DNA of 6,930 nucleotides from a virus (Duplodnaviria; Heunggongvirae; Uroviricota; Caudoviricetes): IMG/VR virus record IMGVR_UViG_2778261572_000009, positions 1 to 6,930 of that record; one strand, 5' to 3'. Shown piece by piece: positions 6,889 to 6,930 of this stretch (position 1 is its first letter; each line of letters starts with the position of its first letter). The notes under the pieces were generated by a model. It saw only the letters and a program-made list of their open reading frames with translations, ran no database searches and was not told where the DNA came from. The position numbers and the translations under genes were made by a program.

Positions 6889-6930
6889 GAAAGGAGATCA
6901 CTCAATAACTTCCATCGAGATCGGGTAATA
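6885..6930 (-). CDS. 3' end (14 codons, truncated by window edge) of an upstream ORF, probably the proximal part of the tail fibre gene, in a different frame
   Basis: The minus-strand frame offset by one from the 248-aa ORF is open from the window edge (...[14 protein letters not shown]) and ends with TGA at complement 6885-6887, overlapping the downstream ATG as ATGA. Too short to identify by sequence. Confidence 0.3.
   Translation of the reverse strand, partial: ITRSRWKLLSDLLS

Overview
The window spans a chromosome/prophage boundary in an Escherichia-like enterobacterial genome; every gene I can support is on the minus strand. The left ~2.2 kb is housekeeping chromosome: pfkA (6-phosphofructokinase I) and fieF/yiiP (cation-diffusion-facilitator efflux pump). 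From roughly 2.3-2.4 kb to the window end is the right end of a degraded P2-like prophage: ogr, an in-frame tail sheath (FI)::tail protein D fusion ORF left by an internal deletion, an AT-rich 299-aa orphan ORF, tail-fibre assembly gene G, and the C-terminal module of the tail fibre. The most interesting object is the 299-aa orphan ORF (4498..5397). It sits in the G-to-FI slot where P2 carries its Z/fun cargo gene, has much lower GC than its flanks, has its own strong RBS and resembles nothing I recognise, so I propose it as a candidate undescribed single-gene anti-phage or lysogenic-conversion factor. All protein identifications are from reading the translations against remembered sequences; no database search was run.
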